Source of the DNA: Thermoanaerobaculia bacterium
GTDB taxonomy: Bacteria > Acidobacteriota > Thermoanaerobaculia > Multivoradales > Multivoraceae
Assembly (NCBI GenBank): GCA_963666565.1
Contig: OY762911.1
Span: forward strand, 256,001-320,000
Direction: 5' to 3'
Length of the DNA: 64,000 nt
The position numbers and the translations under genes are program-made. This document shows, piece by piece, positions 28,886-39,363 of the stretch. Positions within the stretch are counted from its first letter, which is position 1. Every line of letters starts with the position of its first letter. The notes beneath the pieces were generated by a model, which was not told the DNA's origin, did not search any database, and saw only the letters and a program-made list of their open reading frames with translations.

Positions 28886-29271
28886 CTACCGCTTGCTGAA
28901 CTGGAAGCGCGCGCGCGCGCCCTTCTGACCGTACTTCTTGCGCTCCTTGCGCCGCGGGTCGCGGGTCATGAACCCGCCCGCCTTCAGCGGCTCGCGAAAC
29001 GTCGGCTCGAACTCCACCAGCGCCCGCGACAGGCCGTGACGAATCGCGCCCGCCTGACCGGAGCTGCCGCCCCCGCGGACCGTGGCCCGCATGTCGAACT
29101 CGCCTTCCTTCTCGACGACCTGCAGCGGCTGCCGGACGATCATCTTCAGCACCTCGCTGCTGAAGTAGTCGTCCATGCCGACGCCGTTGACCGTCATCTC
29201 GCCGCTGCCCTCGCTCAGGAAAACCCGTGCGGTGGCCGTCTTGCGGCGGCCGGTCCCGTAGTTCGCTTCCG

Positions 29272-29275
<4 letters not shown>
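28886..29275 (-). CDS. rpsI: 30S ribosomal protein S9
   Basis: YGTGRRK...[14 protein letters not shown]...TRDPR...QFSKR. TTG overlaps the rplM stop. Confidence 0.96.
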
Positions 29276-29748
<473 letters not shown>

Positions 29749-29855
29749 TTCGCGTTCGTACCCTTGCCGGCCGGTGTCGCCGGCACTCCGTTGCGCGCGG
29801 ACCGACGGCAGTAGCGGACATACTCCGCCCGATCTCCCCGCGCAGAGGAACGGGG

Positions 29856-29885
29856 ATCGTAGAGTCCGGGAGCGGGCCTTGTCAA
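29856..29885 (-). promoter_or_regulatory. Putative sigma70 promoter of rplM-rpsI-rpsB-tsf
   Basis: Minus strand TTGACA-N18-TACGAT. Confidence 0.55.
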
Positions 29886-29914
29886 GACGAACGCCGGTCC
29901 GCGGACCGCCGCTC

Positions 29915-30018
29915 GCGGGTCTTCCGGCCTGCCCACCGGGTGCGCGGGTCTCCGGCCCGCCCACTGGGCGCGCGGGTCTTCCGACCTTCCCACTGGGCGC
30001 GCGGGTCTTCTGACCCGC
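29915..30018. repeat. Four head-to-tail REP-like units (~29-bp period)
   Basis: GCGGGTCTTCCG(A/G)CC.. hairpins separated by CCAC(C/T)GGG(T/C)GC; lies between divergent rplM and coaE. Confidence 0.85.
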
Positions 30019-30042
30019 TTCCGGCGTATTCTCACCCACCTC

Positions 30043-30654
30043 ATGGCTGCTCTTCGGGTCGGACTGACCGGCGGCATCGCCAGCGGCAAGTCGACCGCCG
30101 GCAGGATGCTCGCGGAACTCGGCTGCGTCGTCACCGACGCCGACGCCCTGGTGGCCGAGCTGTACCGGCCGGGGGAACCGGGAGCGCGGGCCGTCGCCGA
30201 CCTCTTCGGCCGGCGGATGCTGAAGGCGGACGGCTCGGTGGACAAGGAAGCTCTCGGGCCCGCGGTCTTCGCCGACCTCGCCGGCCGCAAGCGCCTGGAA
30301 CGGGCGATCCACCCCCTCGTCGGCCAGCGCTACCTGGAGGTTCTGGCGGCCGCCGGCGACGGAGCGGTCGTCGTGTTCGAGGTGCCGCTGCTCGCCGAGG
30401 GAGGCGGCCGCGGGCGCTACGACGCCGTCGTGACGGTCGAAGCGCCGGAGGAACTGCGGCTCGACCGCGCCGTCGACCGCGGGCTGGACCGGGCTCAGGC
30501 CGAGGCGAGGATGGCGGCCCAGGCCACCGGCGAACAGCGCCGCGCCGCCGCCGACTTCGTCATCGAGAACACCGGCGGCCTGAACGCGCTCCGCGATCGG
30601 GTCGAGGCCGTGTACGCGGCCCTGAAGGAACAGGCGGAGCGCCGCCGCGAGTGA
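30043..30654 (+). CDS. coaE: Dephospho-CoA kinase
   Basis: [21 protein letters not shown] and EVPLL. Confidence 0.95.
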   Translation: MAALRVGLTGGIASGKSTAGRMLAELGCVVTDADALVAELYRPGEPGARAVADLFGRRMLKADGSVDKEALGPAVFADLAGRKRLERAIHPLVGQRYLEVLAAAGDGAVVVFEVPLLAEGGGRGRYDAVVTVEAPEELRLDRAVDRGLDRAQAEARMAAQATGEQRRAAADFVIENTGGLNALRDRVEAVYAALKEQAERRRE

Positions 30655-30655
30655 C

Positions 30656-31222
30656 TCAGACCCCTCCGAGCGCGCGCAGGAAGGCGCGCCAGGCGCGGCC
30701 TCGGTGGCCGATCCGGTCCTTCGTCTCGTCGCCGAGTTCGGCGTAGGTCCGCTCGAGTCCGTCGGGCTCGAACACCGGATCCCAGCCGAACCCGCCCTCG
30801 CCGCGGGCCGGCAGCACGAGCCGACCGGCCGTCGAACCCTCCGCCATCACCTCCCGGTCCCCGTCCCGGAGCATGAGAGCGCAGCGCGCCACGACCCCCG
30901 GATCGCCGGCGCGAATCGCGATTCCGGCGATGCCCTCGTCGCCCACCGCCTCCAGCATCCACTTGACCAGCGGACCGGGGAAGCCGTTCATGCAGGAGAG
31001 TTCCAGGCCCGTCTCCTCGACCACGACCGGCCGCCCCAGCCGCCGCCACGCGGCCCCGGCCTTGTGCCGCAGGACCTCGATCAGGTCTCCCGACTGGATC
31101 TCCGGCAGGTCGATGGCCGCCGTCTCCAGCGGACGACCGACGATCCGTTCCGCCTCGCGCCGCTTGTTCGCGTTGCCGGTGACCAGCACCCACGGCGACT
31201 CGCCGGCCTTGCCCGCGCTCAC
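30656..31222 (-). CDS. rdgB: Non-canonical purine NTP pyrophosphatase (Ham1/RdgB family)
   Basis: [28 protein letters not shown] and HR. GTG start inferred. Confidence 0.85.
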   Translation of the reverse strand: MSAGKAGESPWVLVTGNANKRREAERIVGRPLETAAIDLPEIQSGDLIEVLRHKAGAAWRRLGRPVVVEETGLELSCMNGFPGPLVKWMLEAVGDEGIAGIAIRAGDPGVVARCALMLRDGDREVMAEGSTAGRLVLPARGEGGFGWDPVFEPDGLERTYAELGDETKDRIGHRGRAWRAFLRALGGV

Positions 31223-31476
31223 CCGCGTACACCTGGAACCGAGGCAGCCAAGAGGCGAGCAGTGTAGCCCGCGCCTCGATGGCGGAGCGGCCGCTGGGTG
31301 CGCGGGTCTGACATCCGAGCGCCCGCAGACGAGCGCTCGGACTGTGACGCTGGCGGCACGAGGACGCGCCGCCAGGGTTCCGACCGGCTTCCGGCCGACC
31401 TCTGCCATACTCCCCGGCTTCTTCCGCGCCGCGAACCCGCGCGTGCGCGCGAACCGGCCGTGGCAAGGAACCGGAC

Positions 31477-32397
31477 ATGCCCGAACACCTCATCTCGATC
31501 GCCGACCTCGAGAACGGTCAACTCGAGTCGATCCTCGATCTCGCCCTGCGGCTCGCGGCCCGGCCGCACGCGCATCGCGACGCGCTCCGCGGCAGGTCGA
31601 TCGGCCTCTACTTCGAGAAGGCCTCGACCCGGACCCGCGTCAGCTTCGAGGTGGGGATGGGGCAACTCGGAGGCCAGGCGATCTTCCTCTCGAACCGCGA
31701 CCTCCAGATCGGCCGCGGCGAGACGATCGCCGACACCGCCCACGCCCTCTCGCGCTACGTCGACCTCCTGATGCTGCGGACCTTCGATCACGCCACCGTG
31801 GTCGAGATGGCCGAGCACGCCACGGTGCCTGTGATCAACGGCCTGACCGACGAACTGCATCCCTGCCAGGCGCTCGCCGACCTGATGACCGTACGCCAGG
31901 AGTTCGGCGACGTGCGCGGCCGCCGCATCGCCTACGTCGGCGACGGCAACAACGTGGCGCACTCCCTGATGATCGCCTGCGCCCGCGCCGGGGTCGACTT
32001 CGCCATCGCCTCGCCGCCGGGCTACGAGGTCGCGGGCAAGTACCTCGACCTGGCGCACGGATTCGCCGCCGGCAGCGGCGCCGCGGTCGAGACCGGCGAC
32101 GACCCGGCGGCCGCCGCCGCCGGCGCCGACGCCGTCTACAGCGACGTCTGGACCTCGATGGGCCAGGAGGACGAGCGGCAGCAGCGCCTCGCCGACTTCG
32201 CCGGCTACACCGTCGACGACGCGCTGATGGCCCGGGCCGCCGACCACGCGATCTACCTCCACTGCCTGCCCTGCCACCGTGGCGAGGAAGTGACGGCTTC
32301 CGTCGTCGACGGTCCGCGGAGCCGCGTCTTCGACCAGGCCGAGAACCGCCTGCACACCCAGAAGGCCGTCATGCTGCGCTTGCTCGACCGCGCGTAG
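31477..32397 (+). CDS. argF: Ornithine carbamoyltransferase
   Basis: STRTRVSFE, HPCQ, DVWTSMG, HCLP and QAENR. Confidence 0.95.
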   Translation: MPEHLISIADLENGQLESILDLALRLAARPHAHRDALRGRSIGLYFEKASTRTRVSFEVGMGQLGGQAIFLSNRDLQIGRGETIADTAHALSRYVDLLMLRTFDHATVVEMAEHATVPVINGLTDELHPCQALADLMTVRQEFGDVRGRRIAYVGDGNNVAHSLMIACARAGVDFAIASPPGYEVAGKYLDLAHGFAAGSGAAVETGDDPAAAAAGADAVYSDVWTSMGQEDERQQRLADFAGYTVDDALMARAADHAIYLHCLPCHRGEEVTASVVDGPRSRVFDQAENRLHTQKAVMLRLLDRA

Positions 32398-32461
32398 GCA
32401 AGCGGATCGGGCGGTGCGGCGCACCCGTCGGCCTGGGCTTCGATCGCTTAGCATGGTCGCC

Positions 32462-33412
32462 ATGAACCGCCCGTGCAACTTGTCCCGCGGTGCCGTCGTC
32501 GCCGCCTTGTGCGCCGCGCTGCCCTGCATCCCGGATGCGGTCGCCGCCCAGGGTGAGCGCGACGGCGGCTTCTACCTGGGCCTCCAGGCCGGCGCCGCGT
32601 TCCCCTCGTCGGTGAAGTCGGCCCGCCGCTACGTGAGCCACCCGACCCGCTGCGACGTGCTGCTGTATCCGCCGTCGGTGAGTCCTCCCGTTGACGATCC
32701 GGCCTGCATCGACAGCATGCCCAGGGCCACGAGCAACGAGTTCGACCCCGGCGCCGGGCCGGCCAGCGGCTTCGTGGCCGGCTACGCGACCAGCGGCGGC
32801 CTGCGGTTCGAGGTGGAGTACCTGAACGCGTCGCTCGGCAGCGACGAGTCGCCGGTCGGCAGCGGGACGAACACCGTGCTTCAGACCAAGACCTCGGAGT
32901 GGAGCAACGAACAACCGCCCTTCGAGTGGATCGGCGAGTACACGGTGCACCAGGCGTTCGCCAATGTGTACTACGACTTCCTCAACGACTCGCGCTGGAC
33001 GCCGTTCGTCGGGGCCGGCATCGGTTGGGCCGCGGCGGAACTGAACTACTTCCTGCAGTTCGTCCGCAAGCCCGAAGCGGAGTACCTGCGGATCGACTTC
33101 GATCCGGACTGGCCGGACGAGGCGAAACGCGCCGCCGCGGGAACCGTGAGCATGCTGGACACCTACCCGAGCCAGGACGTTTTCGGGTATCAGGCGCTGG
33201 CCGGAGTCGACTACGCGCTGACCGAACGCACCTCGCTGGGCCTTGCGCTCCGCTGGGCCAGGTTCGACGACATCGACCACGAGGCGCCGTACAACCTGGT
33301 TCGCAGCCACGCGGGAGTACTCGCCGACGGGGTCACGCCGTTCAACAACGATCTGGAGTTCTCGGACGTCGGCTATCGGGCGCTCACCATCGGCCTGAAG
33401 TACCACTTCTGA
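32462..33412 (+). CDS. Outer-membrane beta-barrel (opacity/OMP_b-brl-like) protein
   Basis: Signal peptide; GFYLG, LRFEVEY, NVYYDF..WTPFVGAGIG, FGYQALAGVDY and C-terminal GLKYHF. Confidence 0.82.
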   Translation: MNRPCNLSRGAVVAALCAALPCIPDAVAAQGERDGGFYLGLQAGAAFPSSVKSARRYVSHPTRCDVLLYPPSVSPPVDDPACIDSMPRATSNEFDPGAGPASGFVAGYATSGGLRFEVEYLNASLGSDESPVGSGTNTVLQTKTSEWSNEQPPFEWIGEYTVHQAFANVYYDFLNDSRWTPFVGAGIGWAAAELNYFLQFVRKPEAEYLRIDFDPDWPDEAKRAAAGTVSMLDTYPSQDVFGYQALAGVDYALTERTSLGLALRWARFDDIDHEAPYNLVRSHAGVLADGVTPFNNDLEFSDVGYRALTIGLKYHF

Positions 33413-33421
33413 TCTCGCCCG

Positions 33422-33562
33422 CTGGGTGCGCGGGTCTTCCGACCCGCCTTGGGCGGAGGCGCGGAGCGGCGCAGCCCGGAAAGAAAGGCCGCCGGCCGAA
33501 GGCCGGCGACGATGTTGGACGCCGCCTGCGGCGGCAGCGGGTCGGAAGACCCGCGCACCCAG
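33422..33562. repeat. REPIN/MITE-like ~140-bp element (full copy 2)
   Basis: Perfect 26-bp inverted termini CTGGGTGCGCGGGTCTTCCGACCCGC; internal hairpin GCCGGCC-GAA-GGCCGGC. Confidence 0.9.
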
Positions 33563-33614
33563 CAACCGGGCTAAGCGCAGTTTCCACAACGATTTACGCT
33601 GGTAGACTCGGCCC

Positions 33615-35045
33615 ATGGCCGCACCCCGGGAGGCGCCGCAGAACCCGCTTCACGAGCGCTACGCGAGCGCGGAGATGGCGCGGCTGTTCTCGGCCCGGCA
33701 CCGGTTCCGGACCTGGCGGCGGCTGTGGATCTGCCTGGCCGAGAACCAGGCGGCGCTGGGCCTCCCGATCGCCGAACGCCAGCTCGACGCGCTGCGCGCC
33801 CACGCCGACGATCTCGACCTGGAACGTGTGGCCGCGCTCGAACGCGAGACGCGCCACGACGTGGTGGCCCACCTGCGCCACTTCGCCGAGGTCAGCGGCG
33901 ACGCCGGCAGCATCCTTCACCTCGGCGCCACGTCGGCGTTCATCACCGACAACACGGACGCGCTGATCGTCCGGGACGCCCTCGACCTGGTCGCGGGCAG
34001 GCTGGCGGCCACCGTCGCCGAACTCGCCTCCTTCGCGCGCAGGGAGCGCACCACCACCGCGCTCGCCTACACCCACTTCCAGTCCGCCCAGTTGACGACG
34101 CTGGGCAAGCGCGCCTGCCTGTGGCTCCAGGACTTCCTGACCGACCTGGAGGAGGTCGCCGGCCGCCGCGACCGCCTGCGCTGCCGGGGCGCCAAGGGCA
34201 CCACCGGAACCCAGGCCTCCTTCCTCACCCTGTTCGGCGGCGACCACGGCAAGGTCCGGGAACTCGATGCCCGGGTCGCCGCGGACCTCGGCTTCGGGGC
34301 GAGCTGGCGCGTCACCGGCCAGACCTACCCGCGCAAGCAGGACAGCCAGGTCCTGCACACGCTGTCGGGGACCGCGGAGAGCTGCCACAAGTTCGGCAGC
34401 GACCTCCGGCTGCTGCAGGGCGTCGGCGAGCTCTCGGAGCCGTTCGACGAGGACCAGGTCGGCTCTTCCGCCATGGCTTACAAGCGCAACCCGGTGCGCG
34501 CCGAGCGCATGTGCTCGCTGTCGCGGCGGGTGATGAGCGACTCCCTGCACGGGGCGCTCAACGCCGGCACCCAGTGGCTCGAGCGCAGCCTCGACGACTC
34601 GGCCAACCGGCGCCTCGTGCTGACCGACTCCTTCCTGACCGTCGACGCCGTGCTGCTGCTGGCCGCGAACATCGCCCAGGGGCTGCGGGTGAACGAGGCG
34701 GCAACCGCGGCCCGCGTCGAGCGCGAGCTTCCCTTCATGGCCACCGAGACCTTCCTGATGGAGGCGTCGCTGCGCGGCGGCGACCGCCAGGAACTGCACG
34801 AGCGCATCCGCCGCCACAGCCTCGCGGCCTACGCGCGGGTCTCGGCGGGAGAGCGGAATCCCCTGATCGACCTGATCGCCGCCGACTCGGCGTTCGGGCT
34901 CGACCGCGACGAACTCGAATCCCTGGTCGACGCGGACTCCTTCACCGGTCGTTCCGCCCAGCAGGTGGACGACTTCCTCGCCGAGGCCGTCGAACCCGCG
35001 CTCGCCCGGCACCGCGCGGCGGCGATCGAGCCGCCGAGGGTGTAG
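33615..35045 (+). CDS. purB: Adenylosuccinate lyase
   Basis: RHDV, HLGATS, QTYPRK, SSAMAYKRNP and WLERSLDDSANRR. Confidence 0.95.
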   Translation: MAAPREAPQNPLHERYASAEMARLFSARHRFRTWRRLWICLAENQAALGLPIAERQLDALRAHADDLDLERVAALERETRHDVVAHLRHFAEVSGDAGSILHLGATSAFITDNTDALIVRDALDLVAGRLAATVAELASFARRERTTTALAYTHFQSAQLTTLGKRACLWLQDFLTDLEEVAGRRDRLRCRGAKGTTGTQASFLTLFGGDHGKVRELDARVAADLGFGASWRVTGQTYPRKQDSQVLHTLSGTAESCHKFGSDLRLLQGVGELSEPFDEDQVGSSAMAYKRNPVRAERMCSLSRRVMSDSLHGALNAGTQWLERSLDDSANRRLVLTDSFLTVDAVLLLAANIAQGLRVNEAATAARVERELPFMATETFLMEASLRGGDRQELHERIRRHSLAAYARVSAGERNPLIDLIAADSAFGLDRDELESLVDADSFTGRSAQQVDDFLAEAVEPALARHRAAAIEPPRV

Positions 35046-35050
35046 CGCCG

Positions 35051-35815
35051 ATGCGCCGGCCGCGCTCCATGCCCCGCGACCGAACGAACCGTCGCGGGCC
35101 GCGTCCGTCCGGACCCCCGCCGACCTCGGCCCGAACACCGCTCGCGGCGGCGCTCGCCGCCCTGTTCGCCGCCGCCTTCCTGGCCGGGTGCGCCTCGACC
35201 GCCCGCCTCGAGTCGCCGCGCCGCGGGACCAGCCAGACGGGTCTCGCCTCCTGGTACGGCGCCAAGTTCCACGGCCGGCCCACCGCCAGCGGCGAGATCT
35301 ACGACATGAACCGCATCTCGGCTGCCCACAAGCAGTTGCCGCTCGGCACCGTGGTCCGGGTCAGGAACCGCGACAACGGCAAGAAGCTGAGGGTGCCGAT
35401 CAACGACCGCGGCCCCTTCATCGAGGGCCGCATCATCGACCTCTCCGTCGGCGCCGCCCGCAAGCTCGAGATGTTCGGCCAGGGCCTCGCCAAGGTCCGC
35501 ATCGAAGTCGTCCGCGTGGCGCCGAAGAAGCGCAAGCTGCCGATCTCCTACCCGGCCCGCGGCGGCAAGGTCCGCAAGGCGGACCGCGAGGATCGCCGGG
35601 GCGGCTACACCATCCAGGCCGGCGCTTTCAGCAAGCGCAGCAGGGCCGTGGAGCTCGCCCGCCGCCTCCGCCGCGAACTCGACCTGGACAACGTGAAGAT
35701 CACCCGGGGCGGAGGGGTGCACCGCGTCCGCATCGAACGCCGCCGCCGGCAGGCCGCCGACGACATCCTCAGGCGCCTGAAGGAAGCCGGTATCTCCGCC
35801 TTCCTCATGGGCTGA
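35051..35815 (+). CDS. rlpA: Septal ring lytic transglycosylase RlpA with SPOR domain
   Basis: Lipobox FLAGC; ASWYG..FHGRPTASGE, INDRGPF..GRIIDLS and IQAGAF. Start uncertain. Confidence 0.9.
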   Translation: MRRPRSMPRDRTNRRGPRPSGPPPTSARTPLAAALAALFAAAFLAGCASTARLESPRRGTSQTGLASWYGAKFHGRPTASGEIYDMNRISAAHKQLPLGTVVRVRNRDNGKKLRVPINDRGPFIEGRIIDLSVGAARKLEMFGQGLAKVRIEVVRVAPKKRKLPISYPARGGKVRKADREDRRGGYTIQAGAFSKRSRAVELARRLRRELDLDNVKITRGGGVHRVRIERRRRQAADDILRRLKEAGISAFLMG

Positions 35816-35827
35816 CGACCGGCGACG

Positions 35828-37402
35828 CTACGAGAGGTCGACCAGGTCGACCGAGATCGACTCGTCGAGCGCCTTGAGGGCGGCGAGGCACTCTTCGCCG
35901 GGCGCCTCGTCGAGGCGCAGGACGGCCAGGGCGTCGCGGGCGCCGGGCTCGCGGGCCAGGTGGATGTCGGCGATGTTGATGTCGTCGTTGCCGAGCAGGG
36001 TGCCGAGCCGGCCGACGAAGCCGGGCACGTCGCGGTTGCGGACGATGAGCAGCAGTCCCTCGGGCCGGAACTCCAGGCGGAAGCCTCCGAACGAGACGAC
36101 CCGGAGGTCGCCCTGGCGGTAGACGGTGCCGGCGACCTGGATGCCGGCGCCTTTGGCGTTCCGGGTCTCGACGCGCACCAGGTGGGCGTAGGAGGCCTGG
36201 TCGCTGTGCGTCGCCTGCACGAGTTCGACGCGGCGGTCGGCGGCGGTCCGTTCGGCGTTCACGTAGTTCACGGCTTCGCCGCAGGAGGGCGTGAGCGCGC
36301 CCTTGAGCGCGGCAACGGCGACCGACTTGCGGAGGTCCGCGTCGACTCCCCACAGATCGGCCTGCACGCGCTTCAGGCTGCCACCGACGCTGACCGCGGC
36401 CAGACGGCCGAGCTGCTCGGAGAGGCGCAGGTACGGCTCGCCGCGAGCCCCCGAGGAGCGGAACGGCAGGTTCACCGCCGAGACGGCGAGCGAACCCTCG
36501 AGCGCCGCCAGCACCATGCGCGCGGTCTCGGTGGCAATCCGCTCCTGCGCCTCGGAGGTCTGGGCGCCGATGTGGGGCGTCGCCACCACCCGGGGGTGGG
36601 CGGCCAGCCGGTAGTCCGTCGGCGGTTCCACCGGGAACACGTCGAGGCCGGCGCCCGCCAGCTTGCCGGAGTCGAGCGCCTCGAGCAGCGCCTCCGCGTC
36701 GACGACGCCGCCCCGGCCGACGTTGATCACCGCCGCGCCGTCTTTCATGGAAGCGATGCGGCGGCGGTTCAGCATGTTCCGGGTCTGATCGGTGAGCGGC
36801 GTGTGGAAGGTGATGAAGTCCGAGCCCGCCAGCAGGTCGTCGAGCGAGGTCGGCTCGACGTCCAACCGCTGGGCGACCTCGGCCTGCAGGTACGGGTCGT
36901 AGGCCAGGACGTCCATCTCGAACGCGCGGGCGCGGCGGGCGACCCGCTGGCCGATCTGGCCGAAACCGACGATCCCCAGCGTCTTGCCGTGGAGCTCGCT
37001 GCCGACGTGGCTCTTGCGGTCCCAGCGCCCCGCCTTCAGCGAGGCGTCGGCGGCGGGGATCCGCCGCGCCAGCGCCAGCAGCAGGGCGAACGTGTGCTCC
37101 GTGGCCGAGAGCGAGTTCGCGGTCGGCGCGTTGATGACCAGCACGCCGCGTTGCGTGGCGGCGGCCACGTCGATGTTGTCGACGCCGACCCCGGCCCGGC
37201 CCACCACCCTGAGGCGGTCGCCGCCCTCCAGCACATCGCGCGTGATCTGCGTGCCGCTGCGAACGATGACGGCGTCGTAGTCGGCGATCAGCGAAGCGAG
37301 CCGCGGCCGGTCCTCGTCTTGAAGCTGGTCCACTTCCGCGCTCCGGCGCAGGACGTCGGCGCCGGCCGGCGCCAGGGGGTCGGCAATCAGGATCCGCAGC
37401 AT
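35828..37402 (-). CDS. serA: D-3-phosphoglycerate dehydrogenase (with ACT domain)
   Basis: GRAGVGVDNID, GFGQIG, TPHIGAQTSEAQ and NRDVPG..NIA. Confidence 0.93.
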   Translation of the reverse strand: MLRILIADPLAPAGADVLRRSAEVDQLQDEDRPRLASLIADYDAVIVRSGTQITRDVLEGGDRLRVVGRAGVGVDNIDVAAATQRGVLVINAPTANSLSATEHTFALLLALARRIPAADASLKAGRWDRKSHVGSELHGKTLGIVGFGQIGQRVARRARAFEMDVLAYDPYLQAEVAQRLDVEPTSLDDLLAGSDFITFHTPLTDQTRNMLNRRRIASMKDGAAVINVGRGGVVDAEALLEALDSGKLAGAGLDVFPVEPPTDYRLAAHPRVVATPHIGAQTSEAQERIATETARMVLAALEGSLAVSAVNLPFRSSGARGEPYLRLSEQLGRLAAVSVGGSLKRVQADLWGVDADLRKSVAVAALKGALTPSCGEAVNYVNAERTAADRRVELVQATHSDQASYAHLVRVETRNAKGAGIQVAGTVYRQGDLRVVSFGGFRLEFRPEGLLLIVRNRDVPGFVGRLGTLLGNDDINIADIHLAREPGARDALAVLRLDEAPGEECLAALKALDESISVDLVDLS

Positions 37403-37503
37403 GGAGGCGGATTGTTGCAGCGCTTCAGGAGTACGGCAAGACCGGCGGCGCGGCCCGCGAACTCGTCTTCCCCCGCGGCCCGGCAGCGGGGCCGCGGCCC
37501 GCA

Positions 37504-38688
37504 TCACGGATACAGCAGGACCGCCTCGCGCTCGGCCCGGAATTCACCCTCGTCGTGGCGCCAGCTCGCGAACCAGGCATCGAGCGCGTCCGGCGCGTCG
37601 AGTGCGCGGCGGAAGCGGTCGCCGCCGGCCAGCAGGTCGATTGCCGGCGTGTCCGACACGAACTCGTAGGGCTCGGCCCGCCACTCGAAGGACGTCCCGA
37701 GGACGTCGCGAAACGCGAGCACCAGCTCGAAGCCCAGCCGAACCGGCCGAACGGCTCCGGCGTCCGCCACCCGCAGTTCCACGCCGGCGCAGACCCTGCC
37801 CGCGTGCTTCTGGAACTGGGGCCGGAACAGGGCGGGAATCACGGAAACCCCGTCGAGCCCGGCAGCATCGAGCCGGCAGCGGCAGCGGTCCGCGAGGGCG
37901 AGCGCGTCGGCGCCGGGCATGCCGAGCAGGTGGAACGGCCGCGTCGTGCCCCGGCCCTCGGAGACGTTGGTCGCCTCGAACAGGCAGAGCCCCGGGTAGA
38001 TGGCCGCGGTGTCCGGCGCCGGCATGTTCGGCGAGGGCGCCGTCCACGACCAGCCCGTGTCCTCCCAGGTCTGCCCGCGCCGCCAGCCCTCGACCTCGAA
38101 GACGGTCAGCGGAGCGGCGGCCCAGCCACGCCGGCGCGCCTCCAGCAGGACGATCTCCGCCAGCGTCAGGCCGTGGCGCTGCGGCATCCGGAACGCGCCC
38201 ACGAAGGAGGCGAAGTCCAGGTCGAGCAGGTTGCCTTCCACCTCTCGGCCGCCCAGGGGGTTCGGACGGTCGAGGATCCAGACCTCGCAGTCCGCGGCGA
38301 GCGCCGCCTCGGCGGCCCACACGGCGGTGGCGGCGAAGGTGTAGTAGCGCGCTCCCACGTCCTGGAGATCGATAACCAGCAGGTCGCAGCCGTCGAAGAC
38401 CTCCGGCCGGGGACGCAGGCTGGCGGCCTGCTCGCCGTAGAGGGAGACGACCGGGGCGCCCGTCCACGGATCCCGTTCGTCCCGCGAGGCGACCATGTCC
38501 TGTTCGACGCCGTAGAAGCCGTGCTCGGGGCCGAGCAGGGCCGCCGGCGGCTGCGCCGCTCGGAGGGCCACATGGGCGTGGACGCCGTCGCGGCTCAGCG
38601 AAGCCTGGTGGCACAGGAGCGCGTAGCGGCGCCCCGCAAGAAGCCCCGCGTCGTCGAGCAGGCGGTCGAGGCCGGACCGGATCGCCAT
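37504..38688 (-). CDS. DUF1343 / NamZ-like exo-beta-N-acetylmuramidase
   Basis: PEHG, DLQDVGARYYTF, LDRPNP, PSPNMP and SEGRGTTRPF. Confidence 0.88.
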   Translation of the reverse strand: MAIRSGLDRLLDDAGLLAGRRYALLCHQASLSRDGVHAHVALRAAQPPAALLGPEHGFYGVEQDMVASRDERDPWTGAPVVSLYGEQAASLRPRPEVFDGCDLLVIDLQDVGARYYTFAATAVWAAEAALAADCEVWILDRPNPLGGREVEGNLLDLDFASFVGAFRMPQRHGLTLAEIVLLEARRRGWAAAPLTVFEVEGWRRGQTWEDTGWSWTAPSPNMPAPDTAAIYPGLCLFEATNVSEGRGTTRPFHLLGMPGADALALADRCRCRLDAAGLDGVSVIPALFRPQFQKHAGRVCAGVELRVADAGAVRPVRLGFELVLAFRDVLGTSFEWRAEPYEFVSDTPAIDLLAGGDRFRRALDAPDALDAWFASWRHDEGEFRAEREAVLLYP

Positions 38689-38709
38689 GATCGGCGGAAC
38701 TACCAGACT

Positions 38710-39189
38710 CTAGGAGCTCGCGCCGCGGCGGTACTCGCCGCTCCGGCCGCCGCTCTTGCCTTCCAGCAGCAGGTCGGTGACGACCGCGCCGCGTTCGACC
38801 GACTTGACCATGTCGTAGAGCGCGAGAGCCGCCGCGGCGCACGCGGTCAGCGCTTCCATCTCGGCGCCGGTGCGGGCCGTGGCGACGACGCGGCTCCGGA
38901 TCCTGACGCCGCCGTCGGTCGGCTCGATCTCCACCTCGATCTGGTCGAGCGGAAGGGGATGGGCCAGGGGAATCCACGTCGCCGTGCCCTTCGCGGCCTG
39001 CACGCCCGCGATCCGGGCCACGGTCAGCGCGTCGCCCTTGGGCAGGCTCTCCAGACGCTCGACGGTCGGCGCGGAGAGCAGCACGCGGCAGGAGGCTTCG
39101 GCCACGCGGCGGGTCACGTCCTTGGCGGAGACGTCGACCATGGCGGCCCGGCCGCGGCTGTCGAGGTGGCTGAAGGCGTCGGCGCTCAT
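38710..39189 (-). CDS. moaC: Cyclic pyranopterin monophosphate synthase
   Basis: MVDVSAK, KGD, IPLAHP, TGAEMEAL, YDMVK and KSGGRSG. Confidence 0.95.
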   Translation of the reverse strand: MSADAFSHLDSRGRAAMVDVSAKDVTRRVAEASCRVLLSAPTVERLESLPKGDALTVARIAGVQAAKGTATWIPLAHPLPLDQIEVEIEPTDGGVRIRSRVVATARTGAEMEALTACAAAALALYDMVKSVERGAVVTDLLLEGKSGGRSGEYRRGASS

Positions 39190-39363
39190 CCCGGCGGCGC
39201 CGGAGCGCGCGGGAGGCCGCCGGCGTCGCTCGCTAACCTACAGCAGCCCGTGGCGAAAGTCGCGCCGCCGTCGATGCGCGCTTCCGCCGCGGACCGCCGA
39301 CAGCCAATGCGTCTCGCGATCGCCATACGCCACCCGGATCGCTCGCCTCCCTGAGAGTTCCCG

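Noticed and set aside
33615-35045. Eukaryote-like adenylosuccinate lyase as a horizontal transfer
   Set aside because: This subtype also occurs in many bacteria, and the base composition matches the surrounding genes.
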